A DNA stretch of 64,000 nt, taken from positions 39,792,388 through 39,856,387 of the forward strand of contig NC_092670.1 in NCBI RefSeq assembly GCF_964355755.1, in the 5' to 3' direction. Source of the DNA: Antedon mediterranea (lineage: Eukaryota > Animalia > Echinodermata). Shown in pieces: positions 1 through 13,485 of the stretch (the stretch's first letter is position 1; each line of letters opens with the position of its first letter). The notes below the pieces were generated by a model that saw only the letters and a list, made by a program, of their open reading frames with translations, was not told where the DNA came from and did no database searches. The position numbers and the translations under genes are program-made.

Positions 1-1330
1 CATTCAATAAAAATAAATTTAAAGGTACAGTTACGGAGTTTCTGTGATTTTTCTTGAGAGCGTGTTTTTTAATTAAACAGCATTCGATTGCTTAAATAGA
101 CCTGATTTTTTCTTGTTTGAGTTTACTTGTTCCATGGGATGAACACTAATAATTTCATTCAATAAAAATAAATTTAAAGGTACAGTTACGTAATTTCTGT
201 GATTTTTCTTGAGAGCGTGTTTTTTAATTAAACAGCATTCAATTGCTTAAATAGACCTGATTTTTTCTTGTTTGAGTTTACTTTAGTTCCATGTGATGAA
301 CACTAATAATTTCATTCAATAAAAATAAATTTAAAGGTACAGTTACGTAATTTCTGTGATTTTTCTTGAGAGCGTGTTTTTTAATTAAACAGCATTCAAT
401 TGCTTAAATAGACCTGATTTTCTCTTGTTTGAGTTTACTTTAGTTCCATGTGATGAACACTAATAATTTCATTCAATAAAAATAAATTTAAAGGTACAGT
501 TACGTAGTTTCTGTGATTTTTCTTGAGAGCGTGTTTTTTAATTAAACAGCATTCAATTGCTTAAATAGACCTGGTTTTCTCTTGTTTGAGTTTACTTTAG
601 TTCTATGTGATGAACACTATTAATTTCATTCAATAAAAATAAATTTAAAGGTACAGTTACGTAATTTTTGTGATTTTTCTTGAGAGCGTGTTTTTTAATT
701 AAACAGCATTCGATTGCTTAAATAGACCTGATTTTTTCTTGTTTGAGTTTACTTTAGTTCCATGTGATGAACACTAATAATTTCATTCAATAAAAATAAA
801 TTCATAGGTACAGTTACGTAATTTCTGTGATTTTTCTTGAGAGCGTGTTTTTTAATTAAACAGCATTCAATTGCTTAAATAGACCTGATTTTTTCTTGTT
901 TGAGTTTACTTTAGTTCCATGTGATGAACACTAATAATTTCATTCAATAAAAATTAATTTAAAGGTACAGTTACGTAGTTTCTGTGATTTTTCTTGAGAG
1001 CGTGTTTTTTAATTAAACAGCATTCAATTGCTTATTTTTTCTTGTTTGAGTTTATTTTAGTTCCATGTGATGAACACTAATAATTTCATTCAATCAAAAT
1101 AAATTTAAAGGTACAGTTACGTAGTTTCTGTGATTTTTCTTGAGAGCGTGTTTTTTAATTAAACAGCATTCGATTGCTTAAATAGACCTGATGTTTTCTT
1201 GTTTGAGTTTACTTTAGTTCCATGTGATGAACACTAATAATTTCATTCAATAAAAATAAATTTAAAGGTACAGTTACGTAGTTTCTGTGATTTTTCTTGA
1301 GAGCGTGTTTTTTAGTTAAATAACATTCAA
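1..1330. repeat. Tandem satellite, 157-bp monomer, about 8.5 copies (continues off the left edge)
   Basis: Unit start cattcaat(a/c)aaa recurs at 1, 156, 313, 470, 627, 784, 941, 1087 (11-bp deletion in the preceding unit) and 1244; units are nearly identical. Confidence 0.97.
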
Positions 1331-2896
1331 TTCAAATCTCCATTTTGTAACCACCATGAGTTCGGGTCCATTTAAACAAGCTGGGCAAGCTGTAAATTGT
1401 ATTAATCCACTATGTATGCATTGTTTGTATTATTCAATAATTTTGTAATGAATCGATACCATTAACTACAACAAACAAGTGGTAGGGCTACTTAAAATTA
1501 TTTATGTGGTCCATAGTTACCAACCGTCTCGCATCGTTTGGGACGGTCCCGCATTTCAAGTGATTTTTTAATGAAACACGCGTTTAAACCTAAGTAGGCC
1601 TATATACGATGCGTTATCATTTTTAACACAATTTGAGAGGAAAATGCATTTAAATTAATTGGTATATTTTAAAAGTATAGAACATTATACGAGTAGGCCT
1701 ATTTATATTATTACACCATGTGTCCGTGGTCGCTCGCCGTGACGAGGATGGGCCTATAACCATGTGGCGTTTGTCATGATCGCAATTACACATGACATGA
1801 TTTTGTGTGCGTTTATAAAAGGAAACCCAATTTTCTTGCTATTGGTTGGTGGATCAGTTCAATTTTTACCCTCCAAAAAATGTTTTTTAATAAAATAAAT
1901 TCATGAAACCGCATGAAAAACGTTGAATTATAGATTAACAAAAAAAGAGTAATATACAATCTAATAATATTTGCTTCGTTTACCGTACCGGAATACAAGA
2001 GGTGCCATTCATCATGAATTTTACGTGCGAGAGTAATATTTCCGGCCATAGGAGTGCCAGTGAACAAATTTGTTTCCATCGCAAGTCGCCACGAGGGGGT
2101 GGGGCCTGTAAATACGTATGTGTCCGATCACGCAGGTTGGTAAGTATGGTGGTCATCGTTAAATTGGTTGTTTTAACAACAATTAAATACTTTTAAGTAT
2201 TTAATTGTATGTATTAAAATAAGTAGGGCCTACAACAAAACAAACTCGCTCTAAAAATAACAAAAATTGCATATTTAACTTGGGACTTTGCAGTAAAAAG
2301 AGCATGTTAAAAAGATGAATCTGTCATTGAGTAAGATGAAACTTAAATTGAATTAAAACCGATTTTCTTAATAATCATACTTAGAGATGCAAATCATCAA
2401 AATAATATTTATATGAAATTTAAACACTTTTATAGCCTATGCATGTACGCCTGTGCCGTGTTATGCTTTAAAAAAATTATCCAGTATAGTAGGCCTATGA
2501 CCCGTGCCGGGTATTTTCTTTTTAATACCGTCGATGGAAAATTGCCTTGATCATTTCGAATTTATATCTCCATATTTTGACCTCGTGTTATTCCTTGTAT
2601 ACGGCAATTGAAATAAAACCTTAAATCATACTACAAAAATACACCGTAAAAGTAGAAATGTGAAAGAAAACACGAGAGAGAAAAAAAACAAACTTTACAG
2701 TAGGTTTCTACAATATACAGCAAATAGTATCTTTGAATACAGTTAAAAATCCACGGAATAAAATATATAGAGGGCAGCAATCAGGAAATCGTTTGTATAT
2801 ACCTGCAGTTTTTCAATATTTATAAAATGGAATAGCCCGTGCTATTCTTTAACAGGCAATACCTCAAGACAAATACAATATATGTATGCCTCACTC

Positions 2897-3019
2897 TCAG
2901 CGACGTGCTGCAGCAAACCGCAATTGGCTTCTTCTAGATCGACTTCTTCTTTGCTTTCTTGGCATGATGATAGAGTGCGCTCTACCACCAAACAACTCGA
3001 ACGTGTTTCTTGAACGCAT
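2897..3019 (-). other. Short Arg/Ser-rich ORF (40 aa; inner 22-aa MPRKQRRSRSRRSQLRFAAARR) in a probable 5' exon of a leftward gene
   Basis: ATGs at 3019 and 2965 share a frame with TGA at 2899-2897; CAG|GTATAT donor at 2803/2802; CpG-enriched segment divergent from the Kelch gene. Confidence 0.3.
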
Positions 3020-3898
3020 GATTGAGCATGTATATTTACAAAAAACAACCGGTGATGTTTGAATTGATCACGCTTTTTCTGCGTGTAAACGATGAATTAA
3101 CACTTTTCAATTGCCCTACCCTAGCCTAGGCTAAACCCATTTTACACCAATAGTATGTAGTAAGGTTAAGGTAAGTAATACAGTATAAAAAGTCATTGAC
3201 TAGACTATTTTACCATGATCGGTAAGCTTATTGATTGGCCCAGCCCACCAACCAGGAATTTCCCCACCACCACCAGTGTAACACTGTACCAGCAAGCCTT
3301 CTTGTATTGTACTGTAGGCGAGAATCCCTGTAAGCTGGTACTTACTAATAATACTAAAACAGGCCTAGCCTAGTTATGTAGGGTAAGATATAGCCTAGTT
3401 GTAGTAGTAGGTGGACATGGCAATGTAGTAGTAGAGTACTAGGCTAGTACAGTAGGTAGGGCTAGGCCAAGTAATAAAGTCGCTAGCTGGGTGCAGTCTA
3501 CAGCTTTACCTGTACCTTACCCTGGTACTGGTACTGGTTCAAATAACTGTCTCACAGAGACATCTGGTAGCCATTGACTTGAAGTTGGAATTTGGATGTG
3601 TTACTTTTAAATGTAGGCCTACAGTATGAGAGTGACTACTACCAAATTACACAGTCACAAAACAACTTATAAAACAGTTCATACAGTTAAAACATTGCTG
3701 GGAATTATAAATTTCTGTTGAAGCAGGCTCTAATGAAGTTGCATCTAGTAAGTTGACTTTGTTGTACAACTCTATCAAGTACTGATGGTATCTTCCGACC
3801 TCTTCGTTTACTTTGTGTTGTGTGAAAAGTAAGAATTAAAATAATATTCATTTTTTACAGATACAGTACCACAATCAGTAATTAATAATTATCAAATC

Positions 3899-6800
3899 AT
3901 GGCAGCTAAACGATTTTCTGAAAATGGATCTCATATAAACAATAACTGTGAAACTTCAAATTATAAACCAGACTTGTTCACAAACCATGCCATCAACTTG
4001 CTGTCAACAATTGGTACACTACGATCTCACAAAAACCTCTGTGATGTCACTCTTGTTGTTAAAGGAAAGATGATCCATGCTCATAAGCTAATATTAGCTG
4101 CATCGTCGCCTTACTTCAACGCTATGTTCACGAGCGAATTGAAAGAATGCCGGGAGAAAGTGATAGAAATCAAGGACTTAGAAGCAGATGCTGTTGATTC
4201 AATCGTTGATTTTATGTATACAACAAAAATTAATGTAACTGAAAGTAACGTACAGAACATACTTATAGGAGCTAGTCTGCTACAATTGGAAAACCTTCTT
4301 GAAATATGCTGCACATTCCTACAGGATCAGTTACATCCTACGAACTCCATCGGTATACACAACTTCGCTCGAAGACATGGTTGTAGCAAACTACAAGCTT
4401 CAGCACAAAAATACACAAAACAAAACTTTACAAAGGTTGCAGACAATGAAGAGTTTATTAACCTCGCTGTCAATGACCTTATAGATATAATTGAAGCAGA
4501 TGACATTAATGTACAGAAAGAAGCCGATGTCTACGAATCGGTAGTCAAATGGATCAGATTCGACGATGCACGACAGAAGTATGCTGCAAAAGTTTTTGAG
4601 CACGTCCGATTTCCAATGATGGCGTGGAAATTCCTTACAAATAAAGTTGTTCAGGATAAAATTGTGACAGTAGCTGCAGATTGCCAGCGGTTTTATGATG
4701 AAGCTCGAAGGTATCACGGAAGCCAGTTTTACCCTGGTCTGCATTGGGAAGTGAGCATCAGAACTGTGCCTAGGATTTCTTACAATTCCCGCTATATCTA
4801 TGTCATTGGTTAGTTTAATCATTTATTTTTGTATTCATTTTCATTACAACAAACAATGTCATATTATCCCACTGTGTGAACTTGCTATTGTTTCTAGCTT
4901 TCACATCAGTCCCACCCTATATGGCTTATATTTCCAGTTTCCTGGACTTCCTGCATTCTCACTCCTGATGACGATCAAAGCAAATTGATTGAAACGTTGA
5001 GAAACTCAACATACATGTGGTGTACCGCAAACTTTATATCAACATTTGATTTTGCCATGCAAACCTTGAAACAATATATTATCATATTAATTGTTGTCCA
5101 TTACATCAAAACAGTAAATTTGAATCTTTTCTGTTTTTAGGAGGTGAACTGAATCCTGGAAGAAGCACTACATCTGTTATGGAACGTTACAGCCCTTCCT
5201 TAGACTGTTGGTGTACTCTACCATCAATGAAAGTTTCCAGACGTGCGTTTGGTGCTGTGACTGTGGATGATATAATTTACTGCGTAGGTGGTTCGAATTC
5301 CTCCGTCCTCAACGTGAATGAGTGTTTTGACCCTCAGACCAACTGTTGGCGGACAGTGTCGCCGATGCAGGCCTGTCGTAGCAGTGTTGCTGTCACAACA
5401 TTGATGGGGTTTGTCTTTGCCTGTGGTGGCTATGATGGGTACTCTAGTTTAAGTTCTGCTGAGAAGTTTGACCCTGTTGCCAATGAATGGAGTAGTATAG
5501 CAGGTAAGGTACATCTTAATTGGTTCTAGTGCATAAATTTACCACATGCTTTCAACAAATTTGATTTCATAATGCATATCAGCATATGCCACACTTGGAC
5601 AGCACCTAGCATAACTACTGTAGTAGATAAGGGAACCTATTGCTCCATCTACACTATCACACTTTATGTGACAAAAAAATGTGATGTGCCCATATATGGA
5701 CATAATTATGTCATCACTACCATATTTGGGCATATCACTACCATCACACTTTTTTGTCACATAAGGTTTGATAGTGTAGACATAGCTTAAGAGTGAAATT
5801 TCACTCTTCCCTGATACCTGGGATTTCTTAAATAGCACTCTCTATGTTTAGGTGTATTTTTTAATATAGTGCCCTTAATGGTTTGAGTGATTTCCATATT
5901 CAACTTTTGCCAAATAGGGACCTCTATATTAAACAAGTTTTGCTTATGTTTTGTGTAGAAATTAATAATATTTAATAATGTTGGTTTTCAGAAATGAATG
6001 GGCCAAGAAGCATGGCATGTGCCGTTACATTTGCAGGCTCAGTCTTTGTGATTGGTGGTTATGATGGAATTACAGATTTAAATACTGTAGAACGATACTC
6101 TCCAGTGGTAATGCAGTTTGTTTTCTTTTATTCATCTATGGCCACATGTACACCTGTATAATTACAGTATTACACCAAACGTACTCCAGTGCGATTGTCA
6201 TGATCCTGAAAATAATATATACTGTATAATTAAATTTAGGATAAATTCAGACACAAGACAAATAAATCCATTGTTATAATTCCATACCCACGACCCCTGG
6301 GACTATACTTCAATTCAACATTTGTTTCGACCAAAATCAAACATTAAAATATGTAAATTTACAAACAAACGAATAAAAAAAAAAGTATAATTCAGGAAAG
6401 GGACGACATAGAGACTCAAACAAGTCACTGTTGCCCCTCATCATAGACACAATCATACAAAAAGTAGAAGTACACATATAAGACATCGTTGCGTGTTCAA
6501 TCAATAGACGCTATACTTGAATCAATAGACGCTATACTTGATCATTGACAGTAATCAGAATAATTTTGTTTCGCTCTTCTAGCAAAATAGATGGGCAGAA
6601 TTAGCACCAATGTCTTGTAGCAGGTCAATGCTTGGTGGAGTTGTTTTTAATCATAAAATCTATGTAGCTGGTGGATGTAATCATAGTCAATGGTATGCAT
6701 TATAATTTGGCCATCAAATTAATTTGGCCATCAAAGATGCTTTTATTTTCAATTAGATACAGTACAGTATCTTGCTCTTGATGCTAGGCCCAAAGCCGCT

Positions 6801-7378
6801 TAAACAATGAATTAATTAATATTCATTTCTAAATATATAAATAAATATGAACAATTAGTCTAGGTTTTAATTAGACCGCGATTCTATTATCTTTAGATAC
6901 TTGGAACAAGTCTTTTATTATTATTTTTAATTAAACGTCCTTTATTTCATTGCTATGTATTGCTATTGTTCAAACTGTATACAATGTATTGTTTGTATGG
7001 GGAAAAATCTTGATTAGCGAAAGCTGTTTTTGTTTGCTACATCCAATTAATTGCAATTGGTGAATAAATAAAGAATATAATACGGTATTATTAATGAACA
7101 ATAACTTCAATGTTAATGATGTTCTCATCATTCTTTTCAGTCTTGATAGTGTAGAAGTGTATGAACCTAGTACTAATATATGGCGTTCTGTGACTCCATT
7201 AACGATCCCTCGCAGTGGACTTGCTCTTGCTATTGTCAGACAGCACATATACGCCATCGGAGGTTATGATGGTGTAAATAATCTAAGCAGTGTTGAGAAG
7301 TTTGATGAACAAACTCAAGTGTGGACCAAAGTAAAAAGCATGGAAGTAGCACGGAGACGATTCGCTTGTTGCTCTTGA
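3899..7378 (+). CDS. Kelch-like protein (BTB-BACK-6 Kelch repeats; CUL3 substrate adaptor), 578 aa
   Basis: Exons 3899-4808, 5141-5503, 5992-6107, 6583-6692, 7141-7378; all GT-AG and phase-compatible. BTB motif LCDVTLVV..IHAHKLILAASSPYFNAMF, BACK domain, six GG-Kelch motifs (YVIGG, YCVGG, FACGG, FVIGG, YVAGG, YAIGG). KLHL orthologue not assignable by eye. Confidence 0.95.
4962..5001 (+). ncRNA. Minimal type I hammerhead ribozyme motif (Penelope-type) in the first CDS intron of the Kelch gene
   Basis: ctc-CTGATGA-c-gatcaa(agcaaa)ttgatt-GAAA-cg-tt/gag: stem I ctc/gag, stem II gatcaa/ttgatt, palindromic ACGT in place of stem III, GUU cleavage triplet. Confidence 0.75.
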
Positions 7379-7391
7379 GGCAATACATATA

Positions 7392-7594
7392 CAGTCAACT
7401 CTCTCAATACCGGACACCTTTGGGCTGGAAAGTCTTGTATTCAGAATGCGTTTTTAATGGTAAAAATGAATTTGGGCCTTTTTGGGCTTCAAGAAAGGTC
7501 CGGTATTGGGAGAGTTTCTGGTTTTCAGAGCGTCCGGTATTGGGAGAGTTTCTGGTTTTAAGAGAGTCTGGTATTGGGCCGGGAGAGTTAACTG
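7392..7594. mobile_element. Tc1/mariner(pogo)-type MITE in the Kelch 3' UTR
   Basis: Imperfect TIR cagtcaactctc...gagagttaactg with TA duplication, 13 nt after the stop codon; same family as 42626-42811. Confidence 0.8.
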
Positions 7595-8141
7595 TATTAC
7601 CTAATGTATTACACTAAATTATTTTGCAGTACTACTTGTAAATTAATTCATAAACACTCTACACAGTGCACAGTACTTTCCACACGCCTTATAATAGGTT
7701 GGGTATATTATACTGAAATATATTTAAAAAATATTAAAAACCAATACAATATAAGTTATTGTTATTTGTTCCTATTTAATAATTACAAAAAGTATATAAA
7801 AATAATGTTATATAATAAATACAGTAATTATGCCGTTTCTGAAATTAACTATATTATTGTTATTAAAAACGTATACAGTATTGAAGTTTAATGGCCAGTA
7901 AAATAGAGACAAACTTGATTTAAAATATATTTTATTAATAGAGGTCATAATAGAGGTCATAATAGGGGAACATTATAAACGTTTTAAAATTGTAAAATAA
8001 ACAAGATTTTGGTGAAATTTTTAGTATAATTTGAAATTTGTGTTTATTTAAATTATCAAACTATACATTTTAAAAGCAATAATAATAATGAGTTATTCAA
8101 TTTATTCTGCAATAAAAAACACTTCAAGAAGGCAGTTCAAA

Positions 8142-8337
8142 AGCCTGTTTTCCACCACTAACGCGAATTCAAATCGTTTGCTAATGCGCATGCGGATTAT
8201 TCATATCATTTCTTAATTATCTATCCGTGAAAATATGCAACCAATCAGAGCTCTGTTCACGCACGCGAATTGATTATATCTAGTCAGCTTATACGCATGC
8301 CCAAACAAATTCACCTAGTCTAGTGGAAAATCGGCTT
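8142..8337. mobile_element. Degenerate Harbinger-like MITE
   Basis: Imperfect TIRs agcctgttttcca.. / ..tggaaaatcggct. Confidence 0.45.
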
Positions 8338-8877
8338 TACAGCTCCGAAGTTTATCTCGCGTTTGACATTCGAAATAATTATATTACATTTGGAAAGTCA
8401 GATAAATTTTGTTCCCGTATGCATGTCCTTCCCGTATTAATCATTTCTTTAGGCGTATTTATTATACGATCTAGAATTCCCCCTAACCCCCACCCTATTC
8501 TGATAAGTGCAAATAGCTCCGTGCATCCTATCAGCAATGTTCAACAAAATTGCAGATCAATGTCGACAGTTAAATTACTCTATCGATCAATCATTTATTT
8601 ATTGTTTGATTTACCTGACAATAGCTCTCGGCTAATTGTGGGGAAGCTTGATGGATTGGCTAGAAAATTGACTTTTTAACAAAACTTAACGATAAAAAGA
8701 TGTTTTAAAAATAAGTTTCCCTGCTGCACGTTTTTAAAAATATAATTAGTTTCGATCGATGACAATTAAATACTCTATTTAATAAATTGCAATATCTTGC
8801 TTATCGGATTATTCTGTAACTGATATCAAATGGGTTTCATCGATGTTTTTATGATTTTATTTATTTTTTACCAATAT

Positions 8878-8922
8878 CAAAGAACTTATATAACACATGA
8901 ATCTCCTGTTATAAGTTCTTTG
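8878..8922. mobile_element. 45-bp palindromic P-element-like remnant/footprint
   Basis: caaagaacttata...tataagttctttg flanked by a perfect 7-bp direct repeat ccaatat (8871-8877, 8923-8929). Confidence 0.7.
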
Positions 8923-9102
8923 CCAATATTCACGCAGCGGTGACTCACTTTTTTTGCGGTCGGCGGCGCGGCGCGCCCGTGGAAATGTTCGACTGGAATA
9001 TTAAATGCTTAATGTACGCAGAAATATAAATTGCTCATAGAAAAAATTCAACACAAATTACCATAGCTGTATACTCTTCATTCTATTTATTTGTGCTTTA
9101 AA

Positions 9103-11830
9103 ATGGTTGTAGGAATTTTTGGAAGTTGGGATGTAACCTTTTTTGCAAAAGCAGAAGAAACTTTCCAATCAAAATTGGAGAAAAATTCTGTTTATCCGTT
9201 TGATGAAATAGAAAAAGATCGTGAGAATTTTACATTATTCTAGGCCATAGGCCTACATAATAGGCTAGGCTAGACTAGCCTAGGCTAAGCTAGGCTTTTT
9301 TATTTATTAGGCCTAATAGGGCCTATATTTTATTGATACATTTTTGTTTGGTAGGATACTCCTGGGGCGCCTGGCTACTTTTTTTCCTTGTGTCTCGGAT
9401 TAAGCCTAACAATATTAACCGTTTAAATATAGGACCTAGGCCTAGGCCTAAGCTATTTTATTTTTTTTAAAGATAGTGTAACCTACTTATTATATAATTC
9501 AATATTAATTGAGGCCTTTCCCATAACCCCTTAGCCTTAGGACTACAGGCGCACAACATCACATGAATCATATAGCTTAGGCATATGTTTTAGTTTCTTC
9601 AATTATTCTAGCCTACAGTTAGTAGGCCTACGGCAATTCACAATGATTACCATAACATTTAATTAATATCATGATTATTTATCTAGGATACGAGATTATA
9701 TTCCGTTCACCTTGGCTAGGAATCTCTGCAGGTATTTTAACAGGCCTCACACTCAGCATGGTTATATTCTACGCTTCAACGACACCCGACGTAAATTACA
9801 TTTCGATTTATTTAACCCACTTATTTACAGTATGTGTTATGCAATATTTGACGAAAATCTGCTTATGGAACCCGTTGGGCATATACTTAAAATAATAGGT
9901 TTTGAAGAGTCATCAGTTTCCATTAAGTCTATTAATTGACGACACAATATCCCACTTAAAACCTGGTTGCTTAATTTAGTGTTACGCATTTCATACCACG
10001 AAGAGAGAGCATTAATAACATCAATGTTGTACAGAGAGTGGGCACCAAAAAAATCATATTATACGGTAATTTAAAAACTAACAGTTACATTTGATTAACT
10101 AAATAATTCCTCCAATAATTGCTGATAATGTCTCTTAGATCAGAAATACAAATTAGGCCAACTATCAGTCCATTATACAATTTGAAATCTACGCTAATTA
10201 TCTGCAACAAAGATATCGTAAACAGTTCTTAGAAAATATTTGTAAATATTTATGCTAAATTCACTAATAATACGTTTCTTGACACGTTTGAAAGCCTGCG
10301 TTGTAGTGAATGCTCTTCCCTCAAATTATTTATTTTTTTAGCAATGGGCTTCGAAATTATAGGCCTATTCGTTCTTGTCGTAGCCGGCCACGCAAGGATT
10401 GGAAACATACTAATTGATTAAAAATTACAAATAAAATCGTATTAAAATCATGAAAATGCTCAATAATTTCCTTGCATCAGTGAATCAACGGCAGGTAAGC
10501 GCGTATAATGTGTCAACACTGTTAAGATACGGCTTACTTGGCACGCGCGCGTCCACATTCTGATTATTATTAAACATTTCCAAGATTCACTCAAATACCT
10601 TTTTTTAAAATTAACAGCAATACATAACGTTTTTCTTCATCGCTATGGCCGTTATGTTGTACACAACCTACACGTATAAAGCTATACGAAAGATAACATT
10701 GGATATGGCAAATTCAAGATACGAGTTTCGCATTAATAATAGACTAATATACAGAGGGCACGTTCATAATATCTACATACGCCTTGTGGGACAAAACAGT
10801 GGTAAGCTGAAGATAGTTAAGTTCACTAGTAGAAATGTATTGAAATAAATCATTCAGTTTAAACGGTTTCTTATCGTTGAAAGTCTGATATATTGAATCA
10901 ATATACCTTGAAATCTTCTTTGATTAAAATGTAAATGTTTAATCGTGTGATCACGGTGTCATGGTTGGAGAAATTGTTATATGGCTGCACGACTCTGTCT
11001 GGAATTTTCCTATGGTTATATAAATGTGCTTTGAATTGCTGTAAAATTATTTTACTTTTAAATTTACTATATTATTATGGTTGAATGTTAATAATTTCCA
11101 CACATTATGGGTGGGTGGCACTACCACATTTGGGCACATCACAATTTGTTTTCAAACTAGTTTGATAGTGTAGACAGAGCTTAGACCTTTTTAGTCACCT
11201 GTCTTAATAATATACTAATAATGCTTTAATTTCGTAGGTGCCGGTGACGTTTATTACAAAGTTGTACTCAACGGTTATCATTCCGAAGAGTTACCATTGA
11301 CGTCATCAACGGTCCGTAAAGAGGTAAAATAAAGCCCCGAGACGGAAACGTATATTTTACAATAATATTCGTAAAGCTTGGTCCCCACTAGGACACAGCA
11401 CAGAGACGTACACGCAACACAAGCGTGTTGACCAATGACAAGCGAGAGTTTGAATAATCCATCGCTTGTGATTGGTCAACTCACTTACGTTACATCCTTG
11501 CCTTGCGCTTCTAATGGGAACCAAGCAGTAATAAGGTAGAAAATAATAAATAGGGAAAGACGAATTCATTAAAAAAAAAAAAATTGCATTAGCAAAAAGA
11601 AAGTTGGAATCTGAATTGCATATCTATTTGAAAAGGATGATAAACTCAAAACTGGTTATATTGTCTATATACAGAAATTAGAGAAGTTAGGAAAACGGTT
11701 AGCAGCTAGGCTAAACTTGAACTACTTTGACTGGCTAGATAAATCAACGAAACATGTGATTAGACATCGGTGTCCCTATGAGACTCCTCCTTCACCGATT
11801 GCTGCTGACTCAAGTTATGAAGTTAACTAG
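9103..11830 (+). CDS. TMEM249: TMEM249 (CatSper auxiliary subunit theta) homologue, 215 aa
   Basis: Exons 9103-9220, 9687-9790, 10618-10801, 11238-11323, 11675-11830 splice in frame. Motifs KLEKNSVYPF, two TM segments, YRGHVHNIYIRL, YYKVVLNGY and LGKRLAARLNLNYFDWLDKSTKHVIRH match recalled human TMEM249 (NNSFYPF...LGRYIARKLNINYFDY...RHVVRH). Confidence 0.88.
11375..11526. mobile_element. Harbinger-like MITE (agcttggttcccactag family)
   Basis: TIR agcttggtcccca/tgggaaccaagc; related copy at 23301-23448 and fragments near 13215-13380. Confidence 0.65.
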
Positions 11831-12138
11831 GAAAGTTAAGTTATCCATCAACATGAACGAAGCATTCGAGAACACGACATTTCACGGGAAAAGTATTTAT
11901 TACTTAAATTAAACACTTTCAATAATGAGAGTATGTCCCTCTATACTAATAAATGACTGATAACAGTTTTTATCGTTTTATTAAAATAATTATATTCATA
12001 CTTGAATAATTATATGTATACGTTTGCTTCTTTCTGTATGGGTGCTAATTGAGTATTGCCAATATGTTCAGATTATAAATAACACATAGGCCTCCTACGG
12101 CATCGGAACAAAGCATAGAGACAATGTAAACCATCTAA

Positions 12139-12272
12139 AGCACTGTCTACACTATCAAACTTTATGTGACAAAAGTGTGATGTGCCTAAATATGGTGGTG
12201 ATATGACATCATGTCCATATGGCCACATCACATTTTTTTGTCACATAAAGTTTGATTAGTATAGACAGAGCT
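12139..12272. mobile_element. Harbinger/Tourist-type MITE family A
   Basis: TIR agc(t/a)ctgtctacactatcaaact...agtttgatagtgtagacagagct with TWA flanks. Confidence 0.85.
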
Positions 12273-13385
12273 TTATATGCAGTAGAACTCCTATTGAGGG
12301 GACACCAGAAAATTAGAGTCTCCTTGGGTCATCTGAGTAGGGTTGGCCGTTTAGTGTTAAAACATTATTATAGGCCTATCTCTCTTTTGTTACACGGAAA
12401 AGGGGTGTTCTAAAGGAGGGGGTTCTTCAATATCTTAATATTCGAAAGATGCTATACTCCCCGTTTGTTTATTTAAACAGTAAACAGATAATGAATCATC
12501 ATGAACTGAAAAGAATGAAAAGGATCACCAGGAAGACCAAATAAAAACTGGATAAACCAAATAAAAAAAGATTTTAAAGGAAAAAATGTAGACGTTTAGC
12601 AATAACAAACCATCCTGCCCACAACAGAAAATGTATTGAAACAAATCGTGGAAAGCGAAATATCGGAAGAGGAAGAAGAAGAACTATTGGGATGTATTTG
12701 TAATCAATCTAAAATAGAGCTATGTTCTGAAGCATAATGAGCGTTCCCACGTCGTCAGCAAGGAGATACATCAGTAACAAAGTGTTGATTATTGATTGCT
12801 TTTAAGTTTTGTTTGATAACGTCTACTGTGTTACAATTCAAACTGTTTGTGCACGGTCCAGGGAGAGAAGATATGTTTCAAACCGCTTAAGTAAATACTC
12901 GGCAATTTGAAGAGCTATTCAAATTTCAAATGCAGATATATTGATGAAATAATTGCAGTCACGTGGTCACTTTTAATGTACTGGGATCATAACGAAAGAG
13001 ATGGTAATTTGATTAAAAAGCTTTTCAATTTGTATCGTATTGCAAAATGTTTGATCTAATAAGTAAACAATATGTGATTTATATAACTGAATATATTGGA
13101 GGGAATGATGATGATGAAGATTCATTAGTGGATCATGATGCATGATTATGATGCATGATTATGACAACATAAATAATTTCAACAAGAAGTTCTCAATAAT
13201 AGTTAACAGTTATTCGCTAGGACGCAACGCGAGAACGTAAGCGCATGACTAACTAGTTTTAGCTTGGCTCCTACTAGAACGTAACGCAAAGACATAAGTG
13301 CATCACAAGCTACTGTAGTTTTAACTTCTTTCACGTTGTTCTAGAACGCAACACAAGCGCGCATCACAAGCTAGTTTTACTCTAA

Positions 13386-13485
13386 AGCTCTGTCTACTAT
13401 CAAACTAGTTTGAAAAACAAGGGTGTGATGTGCCCATCACATCACATTTTGTTGTCACATAAAGTTTGATAGTGTAGACAGAGCT
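13386..13485. mobile_element. MITE family A (internally deleted)
   Basis: Both TIRs present with TAA/TTA flanks. Confidence 0.85.

Noticed and set aside
290-420. Box C (gtgatga) and box D (ctga) in each 157-bp satellite unit, suggesting a snoRNA array
   Set aside because: No terminal stem or recognisable guide sequence; the units are contiguous identical satellite.
4111-4822. Antisense and shifted ORFs over the Kelch exon (likewise over the TPR-TIR exon and MITE copies)
   Set aside because: Shadow frames of real exons or translations of MITE sequence.
12485-13150. Purine-rich, coding-looking stretch (QIVESEISEEEEEELLGCIC..)
   Set aside because: Stops in all frames and no recognisable family; cannot support a call.
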